NCBI GenBank assembly: GCA_963664305.2
Contig: CAXXLV010000002.1
Span: 320,001-384,000 of the forward strand
Reading direction: 5' to 3'
Source of the DNA: an uncultured Aliarcobacter sp.
GTDB taxonomy: Bacteria; Campylobacterota; Campylobacteria; Campylobacterales; Arcobacteraceae
Length of the DNA stretch: 64,000 bases
A program made the translations under genes and the position numbers. Of the stretch, positions 29,612-39,098 are shown piece by piece. Position 1 is the stretch's first letter, and each line of letters opens with the position of its first letter. Under the pieces are notes generated by a model. It had not been told where the DNA came from, did not search any database, and saw only the letters and a list, made by a program, of their open reading frames with translations.

Positions 29612-30736
29612 ATGGAAAAAGAGTTACAACTAAAAGATTTATATGATGGTTTTAGAGATGCAAAAGTTATAAAAGCATATAAAAAACTAATAGATGAAGA
29701 TTTAAAAGATTATGATGGAACAATAAATATCATGGAAGTTTGTGGAGGACACACTCATACTATTATGAAGTATGGAATACCACAACTTTTAAATAAAAAA
29801 ATAAATTTTATCCATGGTCCTGGCTGTCCTGTTTGTGTTATGCCAAAAGATAGAATAGATAGTGCTTATGAGTTAAGTTTACAAAAAGATGTAATACTTG
29901 TAACCCTTGGAGATATGATAAAAGTTCCAGGAAGTAAGGGAAGTTTACAAAAAGCAAGAAGTGAAGGTGCTGATGTAAGATTTGTTTATTCTCCTATGGA
30001 TTGTTTGAAAATTGCAGATGAGAACAAAGATAAAACAGTAGTATTTTTTGCAATAGGTTTTGAAACAACAACTCCAATGACTTGTGCTTTAATGGAACAA
30101 GTTATAAAACAAGATATAAAAAATATTCTGTTTCATATAAATCATATAACAGTACCTGAAGTAATGCGTGTATTAGTACAAAATAGTGATTGTAAAATAA
30201 ATGCTTTTTTAGGACCATCACATGTTAGCGTAATAAGTGGAAGTAAAATATATGAAGAGTTTCCACGAGATTATAATAAACCAGTTGTTGTAAGTGGATT
30301 TGAACCAGTAGATGTTATGCAAAGTATCTCTATGATTGTAAAACAGTTCAAAGAAAAAAGGGCTGATTTAGAAGTGGAGTATAAAAGACTTGTTTCTTAT
30401 GAGGGAAATCTAAAAGCTCAAGAACTTATAAATAAATACTTCAAAAAAGTTCCTTTCAAATTTAGAGGAGTGGGTGAGGTAGAAGATAGTGGTTATGAAC
30501 TAAAAGATGAGTTTGATAAATACAACGCAAAAATAGTTTATAAAGATATATTACCAACACAAGAAGTAAAAGAGAACAAAGCTTGTAAATGTCCTGAGAT
30601 TTTAATGGGAGTTGCAAAACCAACTGATTGTAAAATCTTTGGAAATGTATGTACTCCAACAAACCCTGTTGGTTCTTGTATGGTTAGTAGTGAAGGTGCT
30701 TGTAGTGCTTATTATAAATATGGGAATTTGTTGTAA
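29612..30736 (+). CDS. hypD: Hydrogenase maturation protein
   Basis: MEVCGGHTH, GPGCPVC, GFETT, CMVSSEGAC. Confidence 0.97.
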   Translation: MEKELQLKDLYDGFRDAKVIKAYKKLIDEDLKDYDGTINIMEVCGGHTHTIMKYGIPQLLNKKINFIHGPGCPVCVMPKDRIDSAYELSLQKDVILVTLGDMIKVPGSKGSLQKARSEGADVRFVYSPMDCLKIADENKDKTVVFFAIGFETTTPMTCALMEQVIKQDIKNILFHINHITVPEVMRVLVQNSDCKINAFLGPSHVSVISGSKIYEEFPRDYNKPVVVSGFEPVDVMQSISMIVKQFKEKRADLEVEYKRLVSYEGNLKAQELINKYFKKVPFKFRGVGEVEDSGYELKDEFDKYNAKIVYKDILPTQEVKENKACKCPEILMGVAKPTDCKIFGNVCTPTNPVGSCMVSSEGACSAYYKYGNLL

Positions 30737-31951
30737 ATGAGGAATGATAATCAAGATTTATTAATTTCATATTTAGATTATGAATTTAGTCAATTAAACT
30801 TGTATTTAACAGAAAAACAATTAAATAGTATTTCTAAACAATTAGTTACACCAAATCTAAATTCTATAAATTTTAGTTTTACAAAAGAACAATTGTTAAA
30901 TACAAAATATTCTAAAGAAGAAGATACGGTTGAAGATGTTTTAAATATATTAAGAAATAAAGAACAACAATTAGAAAAATTTATTAATTTATCTGATGAT
31001 GAAAGAGGAGAATATAGTACTTCTTTAGCTAAAAGAATTGCTAAAGAAAGATTATCTTTTTTATATAAAAATATTCCTAATTATTTCATTGAATTAAAAA
31101 ATGCTAATTATATGGTAAAAGAGAATGTAGATAAGATATGGGGACAAGCATTAGATTTATTTGAATTATTAATAAATACAGCTATAGATATAACTACACA
31201 TTTTGATGTATCAAAACTAGAATACTTTAATGAGAATATTGATTTGTATGATGCTTTACAAAGATTACAAGGAAGAGCTTGTTTATTATCAAATGAAATA
31301 TTAGTACTTTTAAGAGCAGGTTTTGCAGATGGTGCATATGCTAGATGTAGAACATTATATGAAACAATGGTAATAAGTTGTTTTATAGCTGATAATGGAA
31401 ATGAAACTGCTAAAAGATATTTAGATTATAGTATTGTTAATGGCTTAAATGAAGCAAGACTGTTTACTAAATATAATGAGATATTTGAAGATGACATGAA
31501 TGATGAAGAAATTGAAGAATTAGAAAAAGAAGTAGATAAGTTAAAACAACAATATAGTGAACAATTTATTAAGGGTGATTATAATTGGGCATTAAATATA
31601 ATTCAACCTAAAAATGGAAAGAAAATTCAATTTTGGGAAATAGAAGCCAAAGTTGATTTTAAAAATATGAAATCATTTCATAAATCATCAAGTAATAATA
31701 TACATTCCGCTTCTTCTAGTTTATATTTTCATAGAGCTTTACATAATGCAGATTCACATAAAATTCTTATGGGTGCAAGTGATTTAGGAATAGGAATTCC
31801 TTGTGAATTAGCTTCTTACTTCATTAATATTGCTACTTCAAATTTAATATTATATAAAGCAGAAAAAATTGAACATCTAATAGAAATATCTTTATTGAAT
31901 CTACTAAGAGAAGATTTACAAAAGTGTTTAGATAAAATTGAAGTAAATTAA
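30737..31951 (+). CDS. DUF5677-like helical protein
   Basis: LLRAGFADGAYARCRTLYE (RxxxE), YNWA, SSNNIH motifs. Confidence 0.65.
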   Translation: MRNDNQDLLISYLDYEFSQLNLYLTEKQLNSISKQLVTPNLNSINFSFTKEQLLNTKYSKEEDTVEDVLNILRNKEQQLEKFINLSDDERGEYSTSLAKRIAKERLSFLYKNIPNYFIELKNANYMVKENVDKIWGQALDLFELLINTAIDITTHFDVSKLEYFNENIDLYDALQRLQGRACLLSNEILVLLRAGFADGAYARCRTLYETMVISCFIADNGNETAKRYLDYSIVNGLNEARLFTKYNEIFEDDMNDEEIEELEKEVDKLKQQYSEQFIKGDYNWALNIIQPKNGKKIQFWEIEAKVDFKNMKSFHKSSSNNIHSASSSLYFHRALHNADSHKILMGASDLGIGIPCELASYFINIATSNLILYKAEKIEHLIEISLLNLLREDLQKCLDKIEVN

Positions 31952-31961
31952 GGAAATAAAA

Positions 31962-32810
31962 ATGAAAAAACTAGCATTCATTGGCGTTGGTGTTATGGGA
32001 AAATCTATGGTTTCAAATCTTTTAAAAAAGGGTTTTGAAGTTAGTATTTATGCAAGAAACAAAGCTAAAGTAGAAGAAACTATAAAAGAGGGTGCTATTT
32101 TTTGCCAAACTATAAAAGAATGTGTACAAAATAAAGATGCAGTTATCACAATAGTTGGTTATCCAAAAGATGTGGAAGAGGTATATTTTTCAGAAGATGG
32201 GATTATAAACAGTGCTTCACAAAATTCATATTTAATAGATATGACAACAACAACTCCAACACTTTCAGTAAAAATATATGAAGAAGCAAAAAAGAAAAAT
32301 CTAAAAGCTTTAGATGCTCCAGTATCTGGTGGAGATATTGGAGCAAAAAATGCAACTCTTTCTATTATGGTAGGTGGAGAACAAGAAGATTTTGAAGCTT
32401 GTAAAGAAATCTTTGAAGCAATGGGTAAAACAATCATCTATGCTGGAAAAGCTGGAAGTGGACAACATACAAAGATGGCAAATCAAATTGCAATTGCTGG
32501 AGTTATGGCAGGAATTAGTGAAGCCATAGCATATGGAAAGAAAGCAGGTCTAGATATACCAACTATGTTAGCAAGTATAAGTAATGGAGCAGCTCAAAGT
32601 TTTCACCTTACAAATAATGCACCTAAAATGTATAAAAGAGAGTTTGAGCCAGGCTTTTATATAAAACATATGGTAAAAGATTTAAAAATTGCATCACTAG
32701 AGATGCCAAATCTAAAAGTATTAAAAGATGTGTTAGAGATGTATGAAACACTTGAAGAAAATGGTGATGGTGATTTAGGAACTCAAGCTATTTGTAAATA
32801 TTATGAATAA
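31962..32810 (+). CDS. NAD(P)-dependent beta-hydroxyacid dehydrogenase (3-hydroxyisobutyrate DH family)
   Basis: FIGVGVMG, LDAPVSGG, GSGQHTKMANQ. Confidence 0.9.
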   Translation: MKKLAFIGVGVMGKSMVSNLLKKGFEVSIYARNKAKVEETIKEGAIFCQTIKECVQNKDAVITIVGYPKDVEEVYFSEDGIINSASQNSYLIDMTTTTPTLSVKIYEEAKKKNLKALDAPVSGGDIGAKNATLSIMVGGEQEDFEACKEIFEAMGKTIIYAGKAGSGQHTKMANQIAIAGVMAGISEAIAYGKKAGLDIPTMLASISNGAAQSFHLTNNAPKMYKREFEPGFYIKHMVKDLKIASLEMPNLKVLKDVLEMYETLEENGDGDLGTQAICKYYE

Positions 32811-32819
32811 AGGTCATTT

Positions 32820-33176
32820 ATGGATATAGAAAAAATAAAACAAAGAATACAAAAGTTTAGTGACGATAGAAATTGGGAAAGCTTCCATAATCCAAAAAAT
32901 CTAGTTATGGCTTTAAGTGGAGAAGTAGGTGAATTAAACGAGATTTTCCAATGGCTAAACTTTGAAGAGTCAATGAATTTACCTGAGGATGTAAAAGAAC
33001 ATACAAAAGAAGAAGTTGCAGATATTGCTATTTATCTTTTTAGAATTTGTATGAAGTTAGATATAAACCTTGAAGAAGCCATATTAAATAAGATGACAAA
33101 AAATGAAGCTAAATATCCAGTTGAAACATCTCAAGGTGGAAGTAAAAAATATAGTAAGAGTAGGGAAAACAAATAG
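32820..33176 (+). CDS. MazG-like nucleotide pyrophosphohydrolase (dCTPase type)
   Basis: RNWESFHNPKNL, GEVGELNEIFQW, EEVAD, KMTKNEAKYP. Confidence 0.9.
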   Translation: MDIEKIKQRIQKFSDDRNWESFHNPKNLVMALSGEVGELNEIFQWLNFEESMNLPEDVKEHTKEEVADIAIYLFRICMKLDINLEEAILNKMTKNEAKYPVETSQGGSKKYSKSRENK

Positions 33177-34175
33177 ATGACAAAAACAATTACATTAGCC
33201 CAAGGAAATGGCGGAGCTGAAAACAATGAACTAATAACTAAAGTATTTTACAATGCTTTTAAAAATGAAATATTAGAAAAAAGTGAAGATGCAGCTATTA
33301 TAGAAAATGGTAAGTTAGCATTTAGTACAGACTCTTTTACAGTTAGTCCACTTTTTTTCAATGGAGCAAATATAGGAAAACTTGCTATTTGTGGAACTTG
33401 TAATGACTTGAGCATGATGGGTGCAAAGCCAAAATATCTTACTTGTTCAGTTATTATAGAAGAGGGCTTTGAAGTAGAGCAACTTGAACTTATAGTAAAC
33501 TCTATGAAAGAAGAGTTAGCAAAAAATGAAGCGATTATTGTAAGTGGAGATACAAAGGTAGTACCAAAGGGAGCTGTTGATAAAATCTTTATAAATACAA
33601 CGGGTATTGGAGAGGTAATATATAGTGGAATTAGTTCAAATAGTATTACTGAAAATGACTTGATATTAGTTAGTCGTGATATTGGAGCACATGGAGCTAC
33701 AATATTTACTGCACGTGAAGGTATGGATATGCACTCAAATTTAAAAAGTGATTGTAACTCTTTATACCCTCAAGTAAAAGCACTTATCGATAGTGGAGTT
33801 AAAATAACAGCTCTTAGAGATGCCACAAGAGGTGGAGTGAGTGCTGTGTTAAACGAGTGGGCAAAACAATCAAATATCTGTATAGAAGTAGAAGAAGAAA
33901 ATATTCCAGTTAGCGATGAGGTTAAGGGAATTTGTGAAATGTTAGGATTTGAAGCTACAAATCTAGCAAATGAAGGAACATTTGTACTAGCAATTTCAAA
34001 AGAAGATGCAGCTCGTACAATAGAAATTTTACATAAATTTCCTGAAGCTTCAAATGCTTGTATTATCGGAAAAGTAACACAACAATATCCACAAAAAGTT
34101 ATTTTAAATAGTTCTTGGGGAACAAAAAGATTTTTAGATACACCAACTGGTGAACTTCTTCCAAGGATTTGCTAG
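33177..34175 (+). CDS. hypE: Hydrogenase maturation carbamoyl dehydratase
   Basis: STDSFTV, GDTKV, RDATRGG, ANEG, C-terminal PRIC. Confidence 0.97.
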   Translation: MTKTITLAQGNGGAENNELITKVFYNAFKNEILEKSEDAAIIENGKLAFSTDSFTVSPLFFNGANIGKLAICGTCNDLSMMGAKPKYLTCSVIIEEGFEVEQLELIVNSMKEELAKNEAIIVSGDTKVVPKGAVDKIFINTTGIGEVIYSGISSNSITENDLILVSRDIGAHGATIFTAREGMDMHSNLKSDCNSLYPQVKALIDSGVKITALRDATRGGVSAVLNEWAKQSNICIEVEEENIPVSDEVKGICEMLGFEATNLANEGTFVLAISKEDAARTIEILHKFPEASNACIIGKVTQQYPQKVILNSSWGTKRFLDTPTGELLPRIC

Positions 34176-34516
34176 TGCACGAATATAGTATAGTTCAATC
34201 TTTATTAGAGAGTTGTGAAGAACATGCAAGGGCAAATAAAGCAAAAAAAGTTACAAAAGTAGTTGTAAAAATTGGAGTTTTAAGTGGAGTTGAGCCAGAT
34301 TTACTCCAAACTGCTTTTGATACTTTTAAAGAACAAACAGTCTGCCATGATGCTTTATTTGTCATAAATGTCCAGAAAATAGAGATTTTATGCCTTGATT
34401 GTAATACAAAATCAACTTTAGAAAAACATGAGTTTTCTTGCCCCAAATGCCAAAGTGTAAATATAAAAGTAACTGATGGAGAAGATATGTATCTGATGAG
34501 TTTGGAGATGGATTAG
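34175..34516 (+). CDS. hypA: Hydrogenase nickel chaperone
   Basis: GTG start overlapping hypE TAG gives MHE; CLDC and CPKC. Confidence 0.95.
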   Translation: MHEYSIVQSLLESCEEHARANKAKKVTKVVVKIGVLSGVEPDLLQTAFDTFKEQTVCHDALFVINVQKIEILCLDCNTKSTLEKHEFSCPKCQSVNIKVTDGEDMYLMSLEMD

Positions 34517-34578
34517 GTTTATATTTATTGATTGTTAATTTATTTTAATTATAATTCATTTTTATAAAATATTTAGGA

Positions 34579-35001
34579 ATGATATATATGTTATTGATGA
34601 AGTTAGAATCAAAAGAGAAGTTCTCTTTTTTACAATTAGCTCACTATTTGGCAAGAATTGATAATAAATTTGGAGAAAGAGAAGAAGAGATTATTTCTGA
34701 GTATTGTACAGAAATGGGAATTGAAAATTTAGATTCTTTTGATATGGAGAATTTTAGTTTAGATAAAATTTTAAATGATTTTAAATCTGAAAGAAGTAAA
34801 AGAATTGTAATTTTAGAATTAATGATTTTAATTCATATTGACCATAGTTTTAATATAAATGAACAAATATTGATGGAAAAGATATCAAAAAATTTTGGTA
34901 TAGATTTAGATGATGTAAATGACTATTCTCAATGGGGAAAATCAGTTGCTATGTTGTACGAAGTTGCAAAAATATTTATAAATGAGAAAAAAAAGGTTTA
35001 A
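34579..35001 (+). CDS. TerB-like protein
   Basis: LARIDN.F..REE.II and second repeat IDHSF...EQ; true start may be 34588. Confidence 0.6.
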   Translation: MIYMLLMKLESKEKFSFLQLAHYLARIDNKFGEREEEIISEYCTEMGIENLDSFDMENFSLDKILNDFKSERSKRIVILELMILIHIDHSFNINEQILMEKISKNFGIDLDDVNDYSQWGKSVAMLYEVAKIFINEKKKV

Positions 35002-35051
35002 TAACAATTTTTTAAACTAAAATAATAAGAAATTTTGGATAAAATCTTATT

Positions 35052-35252
35052 ATGGAAATAATAGAAACATTAAATAGTAAAATTGATAAATTAATTCACG
35101 ACTATGATAAGATAAAGCTTGAAAATCAAGCATTAATTCAGCAATTAGAAAATTTAAAAAATGAAAACGATGAATTAGTGCGAAATAATCAAGATATGTT
35201 TTTAAGAATTGACAGTACATTGACATTAATAAAGGCACAAAAGGGTGAATAG
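35052..35252 (+). CDS. ZapB-like coiled-coil protein
   Basis: LNSKIDKLI...LKNEN heptads; paired with next gene. Confidence 0.55.
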   Translation: MEIIETLNSKIDKLIHDYDKIKLENQALIQQLENLKNENDELVRNNQDMFLRIDSTLTLIKAQKGE

Positions 35253-35454
35253 AGAAGTTACTTTTCATATAAACAATATGGCTTATACTGTAAATGTTGA
35301 TGATAATATATATAAAGAACTAAGTAAATATTTGGATTTAAGTAAAAATAATGATACGAAAGATTTATTGATTGCTTATCTTCATTTATCTCAAGAATAT
35401 CATCTTTTTAAAAAAGATGTTGAAGATATAACTAATAAACTAGCAAGGTTTTAA
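35245..35454 (+). CDS. ZapA-like small protein
   Basis: VTFHINNMAYTV beta-hairpin followed by helices; follows ZapB-like gene. Confidence 0.45.
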   Translation: MNREVTFHINNMAYTVNVDDNIYKELSKYLDLSKNNDTKDLLIAYLHLSQEYHLFKKDVEDITNKLARF

Positions 35455-35455
35455 A

Positions 35456-35884
35456 ATCAAAAGTTTTTCTTTATTAGAGATTATTATAGCAATAGTATTA
35501 ATAGCTATAATAGGCTCTTTTGCTATTCCAAAATTTACACAAATAAATGATAAAACGTATCTTTCAACTCTAAAATCTCAATTTTCACTAATTCAAGTAG
35601 GAATAACTAAACAAAAAAGTAAAAATGTACTTTTATCAAATTCTGAAGATTTAATCTCTTTAGATGATGCTTCAATAGATAAAAAAAATGAAGAGCTTTT
35701 TTCAAAAGTTATAGATTTTTCTATAGTTTCAACAAATTCAAATGAAAAAAAACTTGGAAGTTGGTCAAAACTTTCATCAAAAAATTATACTTTTTATTTA
35801 CCTTCAAATTCTGTTTTATTTGCTTTTGAAAATGGAAGTTTTGTTTGTAAAAGTGAAGAGAATATTTGTAAAGAGGTAGAATAG
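35456..35884 (+). CDS. Prepilin/pseudopilin-type protein (absent from ORF track; ATC at the start position)
   Basis: Manual translation (I/M)KSFSLLEIIIAIVLIAIIGSFAIPKF...FVCKSEENICKEVE*, 142 codons, TAG overlaps priA GTG. Confidence 0.85.
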   Translation: MKSFSLLEIIIAIVLIAIIGSFAIPKFTQINDKTYLSTLKSQFSLIQVGITKQKSKNVLLSNSEDLISLDDASIDKKNEELFSKVIDFSIVSTNSNEKKLGSWSKLSSKNYTFYLPSNSVLFAFENGSFVCKSEENICKEVE

Positions 35885-37731
35885 TGTATTTTTATGAAGT
35901 TGCAATTTTAAGGTCACCTTTAAATAATTTAACATATCAAAGTGAAAATAAAATTGAAATTGGAACAAAGGTTCTAATAAAACTAAGACAAAGAAAAGTT
36001 TTAGATGAAGCCGTAATCATAAAAGAAGTTGAAGAACCAACTTTTAAATGTACAGATATAAACGAAATTACAAATGAATTTTATGATGAAAAAATGCTTC
36101 AAATTTCATCTTTTGTTTCTCAATATTATGTTTGCTCACTTGGTGAAGCTTTAAGTGTTTATAATGCTTTTGATAAAAGTATAAATAAAATTGAAATAGA
36201 AGAAAAATTTGATAGTAAAATAGTTTTATCAAGCCTTCAAGAAAAAGCAAAAGAGTTTTTAAAAGAAAAAAAACAAGCACTTTTATTTGCAAATACAGGT
36301 GCTGGAAAAACAGAAATTTATATAAAAATCATTGAAGAACATCTAAATAATCAAAAACAAGCAGTTTTATTAATGCCTGAAATTTCTTTGACTCCACAAA
36401 TGCAAAAAAGATTAGAAAAAGTTTTTGGAAAAAGTGTAGCTATTTGGCACTCAAAAATTACTAAAAAAAAGAAAGTAGAGATTTTAAAAGGTCTACAAGA
36501 AGGAACTATAAAACTAATAGCAGGTGCTAGGTCTGCACTTTTTTTACCATATTCAAATCTTGGAGTAATTGTTGTAGATGAAGAGAATGATGACTCATAT
36601 AAAAGTGATTCAAAACCAAGATTTCACACAAAAGATTTAGCAATTTATATAGCAAAAAAATTTGATTTACAACTTGTTCTTGGAAGTGCAACTGTAAGTA
36701 CAAGTTCTTTTTATAAAATCCCATTTTTTAGACTTGATGAGACTTATCACAAAACAAAAAAACTATATAGTTTTGAAGATAGTGATGCAAATTTATCTTC
36801 AAAAGTTATAGATAAAATAGATAAAACGTTAAAAAGTAATAATCAAGTAATTGTATTTTTACCTACAAGAGCAAATTTTAAATATCAGATTTGTACAACT
36901 TGTGGAAAATCTGTAGAGTGTCCTTTTTGTTCTGTTTCTATGAGTTTACATAAAAATGATTTGGCTTTGAAATGCCATTATTGTGGATATACTCAAAAAA
37001 TTCCAGATTCATGTCCATCTTGTAATAATGGAATTATTCATAATCTAAGAGTTGGAACTGCTCAAATTGAAGAGGAGTTAAAACTAATATTTCCTGCTAA
37101 AACAATTAAAAGATTTGATAGGGATGAGATAAAAACTGATAATCAATTAAAAACAGTTTTAAATGATTTTAATGACGGAAAAATAGATATTCTTGTTGGA
37201 ACTCAAATGCTTTCAAAAGGTCATGATTATCACAATGTAAAACTTGCTGTTGTTTTAGGAATTGATTCTGTTTTAAATATGAATTCATATAAAGCAAGGG
37301 AAAAGGCTCTCTCACTACTTATTCAAATAGCAGGACGAAGTGGAAGAAGTGGTGAAGGTGAAGTAATAATTCAAACAAAAAATCAAGATTTTTTTAATCA
37401 CTACTTAAATGAGTCAAACTATTTAGAGTTTTTAGAAGAAGAACTTGAATTTAGAAAAGATTTTTATCCACCATTTTTAAAACTTGCAAAGGTGATGTTT
37501 TCTCACTCAAATGGTCTTAAAGTTAAAGATGAAATGGATTCTTATGTAAAACTTTTTAAAGAAAATAAAGATATTGAAGTTGTAGGTTTTGGACAAAGTC
37601 CTATTTTTAAAATGTCAAATAAATATAGATATGAGATACTTTTACGTTCTTCAAATATAAAAGCATTATTACAAGCTCTACATTCTATACAAACCCCCAA
37701 TGCAACTATTGATATGGATACAATTTACTAA
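35884..37731 (+). CDS. priA: Primosomal protein N'
   Basis: TGAGKTEIY, MPEISLTPQM, VVDEE, four CxxC motifs, GTQMLSKG, QIAGRSGR. Confidence 0.95.
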   Translation: MYFYEVAILRSPLNNLTYQSENKIEIGTKVLIKLRQRKVLDEAVIIKEVEEPTFKCTDINEITNEFYDEKMLQISSFVSQYYVCSLGEALSVYNAFDKSINKIEIEEKFDSKIVLSSLQEKAKEFLKEKKQALLFANTGAGKTEIYIKIIEEHLNNQKQAVLLMPEISLTPQMQKRLEKVFGKSVAIWHSKITKKKKVEILKGLQEGTIKLIAGARSALFLPYSNLGVIVVDEENDDSYKSDSKPRFHTKDLAIYIAKKFDLQLVLGSATVSTSSFYKIPFFRLDETYHKTKKLYSFEDSDANLSSKVIDKIDKTLKSNNQVIVFLPTRANFKYQICTTCGKSVECPFCSVSMSLHKNDLALKCHYCGYTQKIPDSCPSCNNGIIHNLRVGTAQIEEELKLIFPAKTIKRFDRDEIKTDNQLKTVLNDFNDGKIDILVGTQMLSKGHDYHNVKLAVVLGIDSVLNMNSYKAREKALSLLIQIAGRSGRSGEGEVIIQTKNQDFFNHYLNESNYLEFLEEELEFRKDFYPPFLKLAKVMFSHSNGLKVKDEMDSYVKLFKENKDIEVVGFGQSPIFKMSNKYRYEILLRSSNIKALLQALHSIQTPNATIDMDTIY

Positions 37732-37791
37732 TTAACCTTATATTAGTCAACTTTATTGTAAAATACACCAAAAAATTTAATAGGAGAACTA

Positions 37792-38979
37792 ATGGCTTAT
37801 ACAAAAGATGAATTTAAACAATTAGTAGATGATATTCAATCACAACCTTGGTACAAAAATCCAATCGGATTTGGTATTGCAAAAGTTGATAGAGGACAAA
37901 TAAATAAAGATAAAATACTACAAGCGACTTTCCCTGTAATAAATTGGAATGAGAATTTTGGAAGTGCAGCAGTATTATTAAACGCTTTAAAAGTTGCTGG
38001 AGTTGATGTTGATACATCAAAATCAGAATTAGTATGCAAAATTTCAGATGAATTTTTAACTTCTTGTATTGAAGCTTTTAGACCATTTATTCCAGAAGCA
38101 AAAGGTGATGCACATAAAAATGTTCAAGTTGTTTCAACATTAGCATCTTTACCAATAGATTCAGGATTAACAGCTGATGATTATAGAGTTGTATTTATTT
38201 TTGAAGATGCAGCACCTGAATCAACAGAAGCTGTATATTTAAAACTTTATGCACTTTCAACTGGAAAAGCAGCATTAAGAAGTCTTAATTTAAATGGTGC
38301 ATTTGGTAAATTACACAACTGCGCTTGGATTGGAAATCAACCAATTGAATTAGATTGGTTAAGAGCAAATGAGATTGTATTAAAACTTTCAGGAAAATAT
38401 CCAAATATTGATTTTGTTGATAAATTCCCAAGATTCTTACAACACATTATTCCTGCAGATAATACAAGAATCTTAGAGTCTTCAAAAGTTAGAATGGGAG
38501 CACAATTAGCTGCTGGAACTACAGTTATGCCAGGTGCTGCTTATATCAACTTCAATGCTGGAACTTTAGGTTCAGTTATGGTTGAAGGAAGAATTTCTTC
38601 TTCAGCAGTTGTTGGAGCTGGATCTGATGTTGGTGGAGGAGCTTCAATTTTAGGAGTTTTATCTGGAACTGATGGTGTGCCTGTAACTATTGGAGAAAAC
38701 ACACTTTTAGGAGCAAACTCTTGTACTGGAACAACTATCGGTGATGGTTGTATTTTAGATGCAGGTGTTACAATCCTTCCAGGAACAAAAATCGCATTAT
38801 CTGATAAAGCTGTTGAGCAATTAAAAGAGATAAATCCAGGTAAAGAGATTTCTAATGTTATGAAAGGTAGCGATTTTATCGGAGTAAATGGAGTTCACTT
38901 TAGAGTTAACTCAAGTACTGGTCAAACTATTGCTATGAGAAGTACAAGAGAAGTTAAGTTAAACGCTGATTTACACTAA
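37792..38979 (+). CDS. dapD: Tetrahydrodipicolinate N-succinyltransferase
   Basis: VDKFPR, RMGA.LA.GTTVM, NFNAGT, VEGRISS, DVGGGASILG. Confidence 0.93.
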   Translation: MAYTKDEFKQLVDDIQSQPWYKNPIGFGIAKVDRGQINKDKILQATFPVINWNENFGSAAVLLNALKVAGVDVDTSKSELVCKISDEFLTSCIEAFRPFIPEAKGDAHKNVQVVSTLASLPIDSGLTADDYRVVFIFEDAAPESTEAVYLKLYALSTGKAALRSLNLNGAFGKLHNCAWIGNQPIELDWLRANEIVLKLSGKYPNIDFVDKFPRFLQHIIPADNTRILESSKVRMGAQLAAGTTVMPGAAYINFNAGTLGSVMVEGRISSSAVVGAGSDVGGGASILGVLSGTDGVPVTIGENTLLGANSCTGTTIGDGCILDAGVTILPGTKIALSDKAVEQLKEINPGKEISNVMKGSDFIGVNGVHFRVNSSTGQTIAMRSTREVKLNADLH

Positions 38980-39000
38980 TCTTTTATTTTATATTTTTAA

Positions 39001-39035
39001 AAAGGCAAGGAACATTTTGTTTCTTGCCTTTTTTT
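39001..39035 (+). terminator. Rho-independent terminator
   Basis: aaaggcaag...cttgccttt stem followed by a T run. Confidence 0.85.
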
Positions 39036-39098
39036 ATGTCTAAAAAATAAGTATAATGAACTATTGAAGAAATAAAAATCTATCTAAAGGAAAATATT

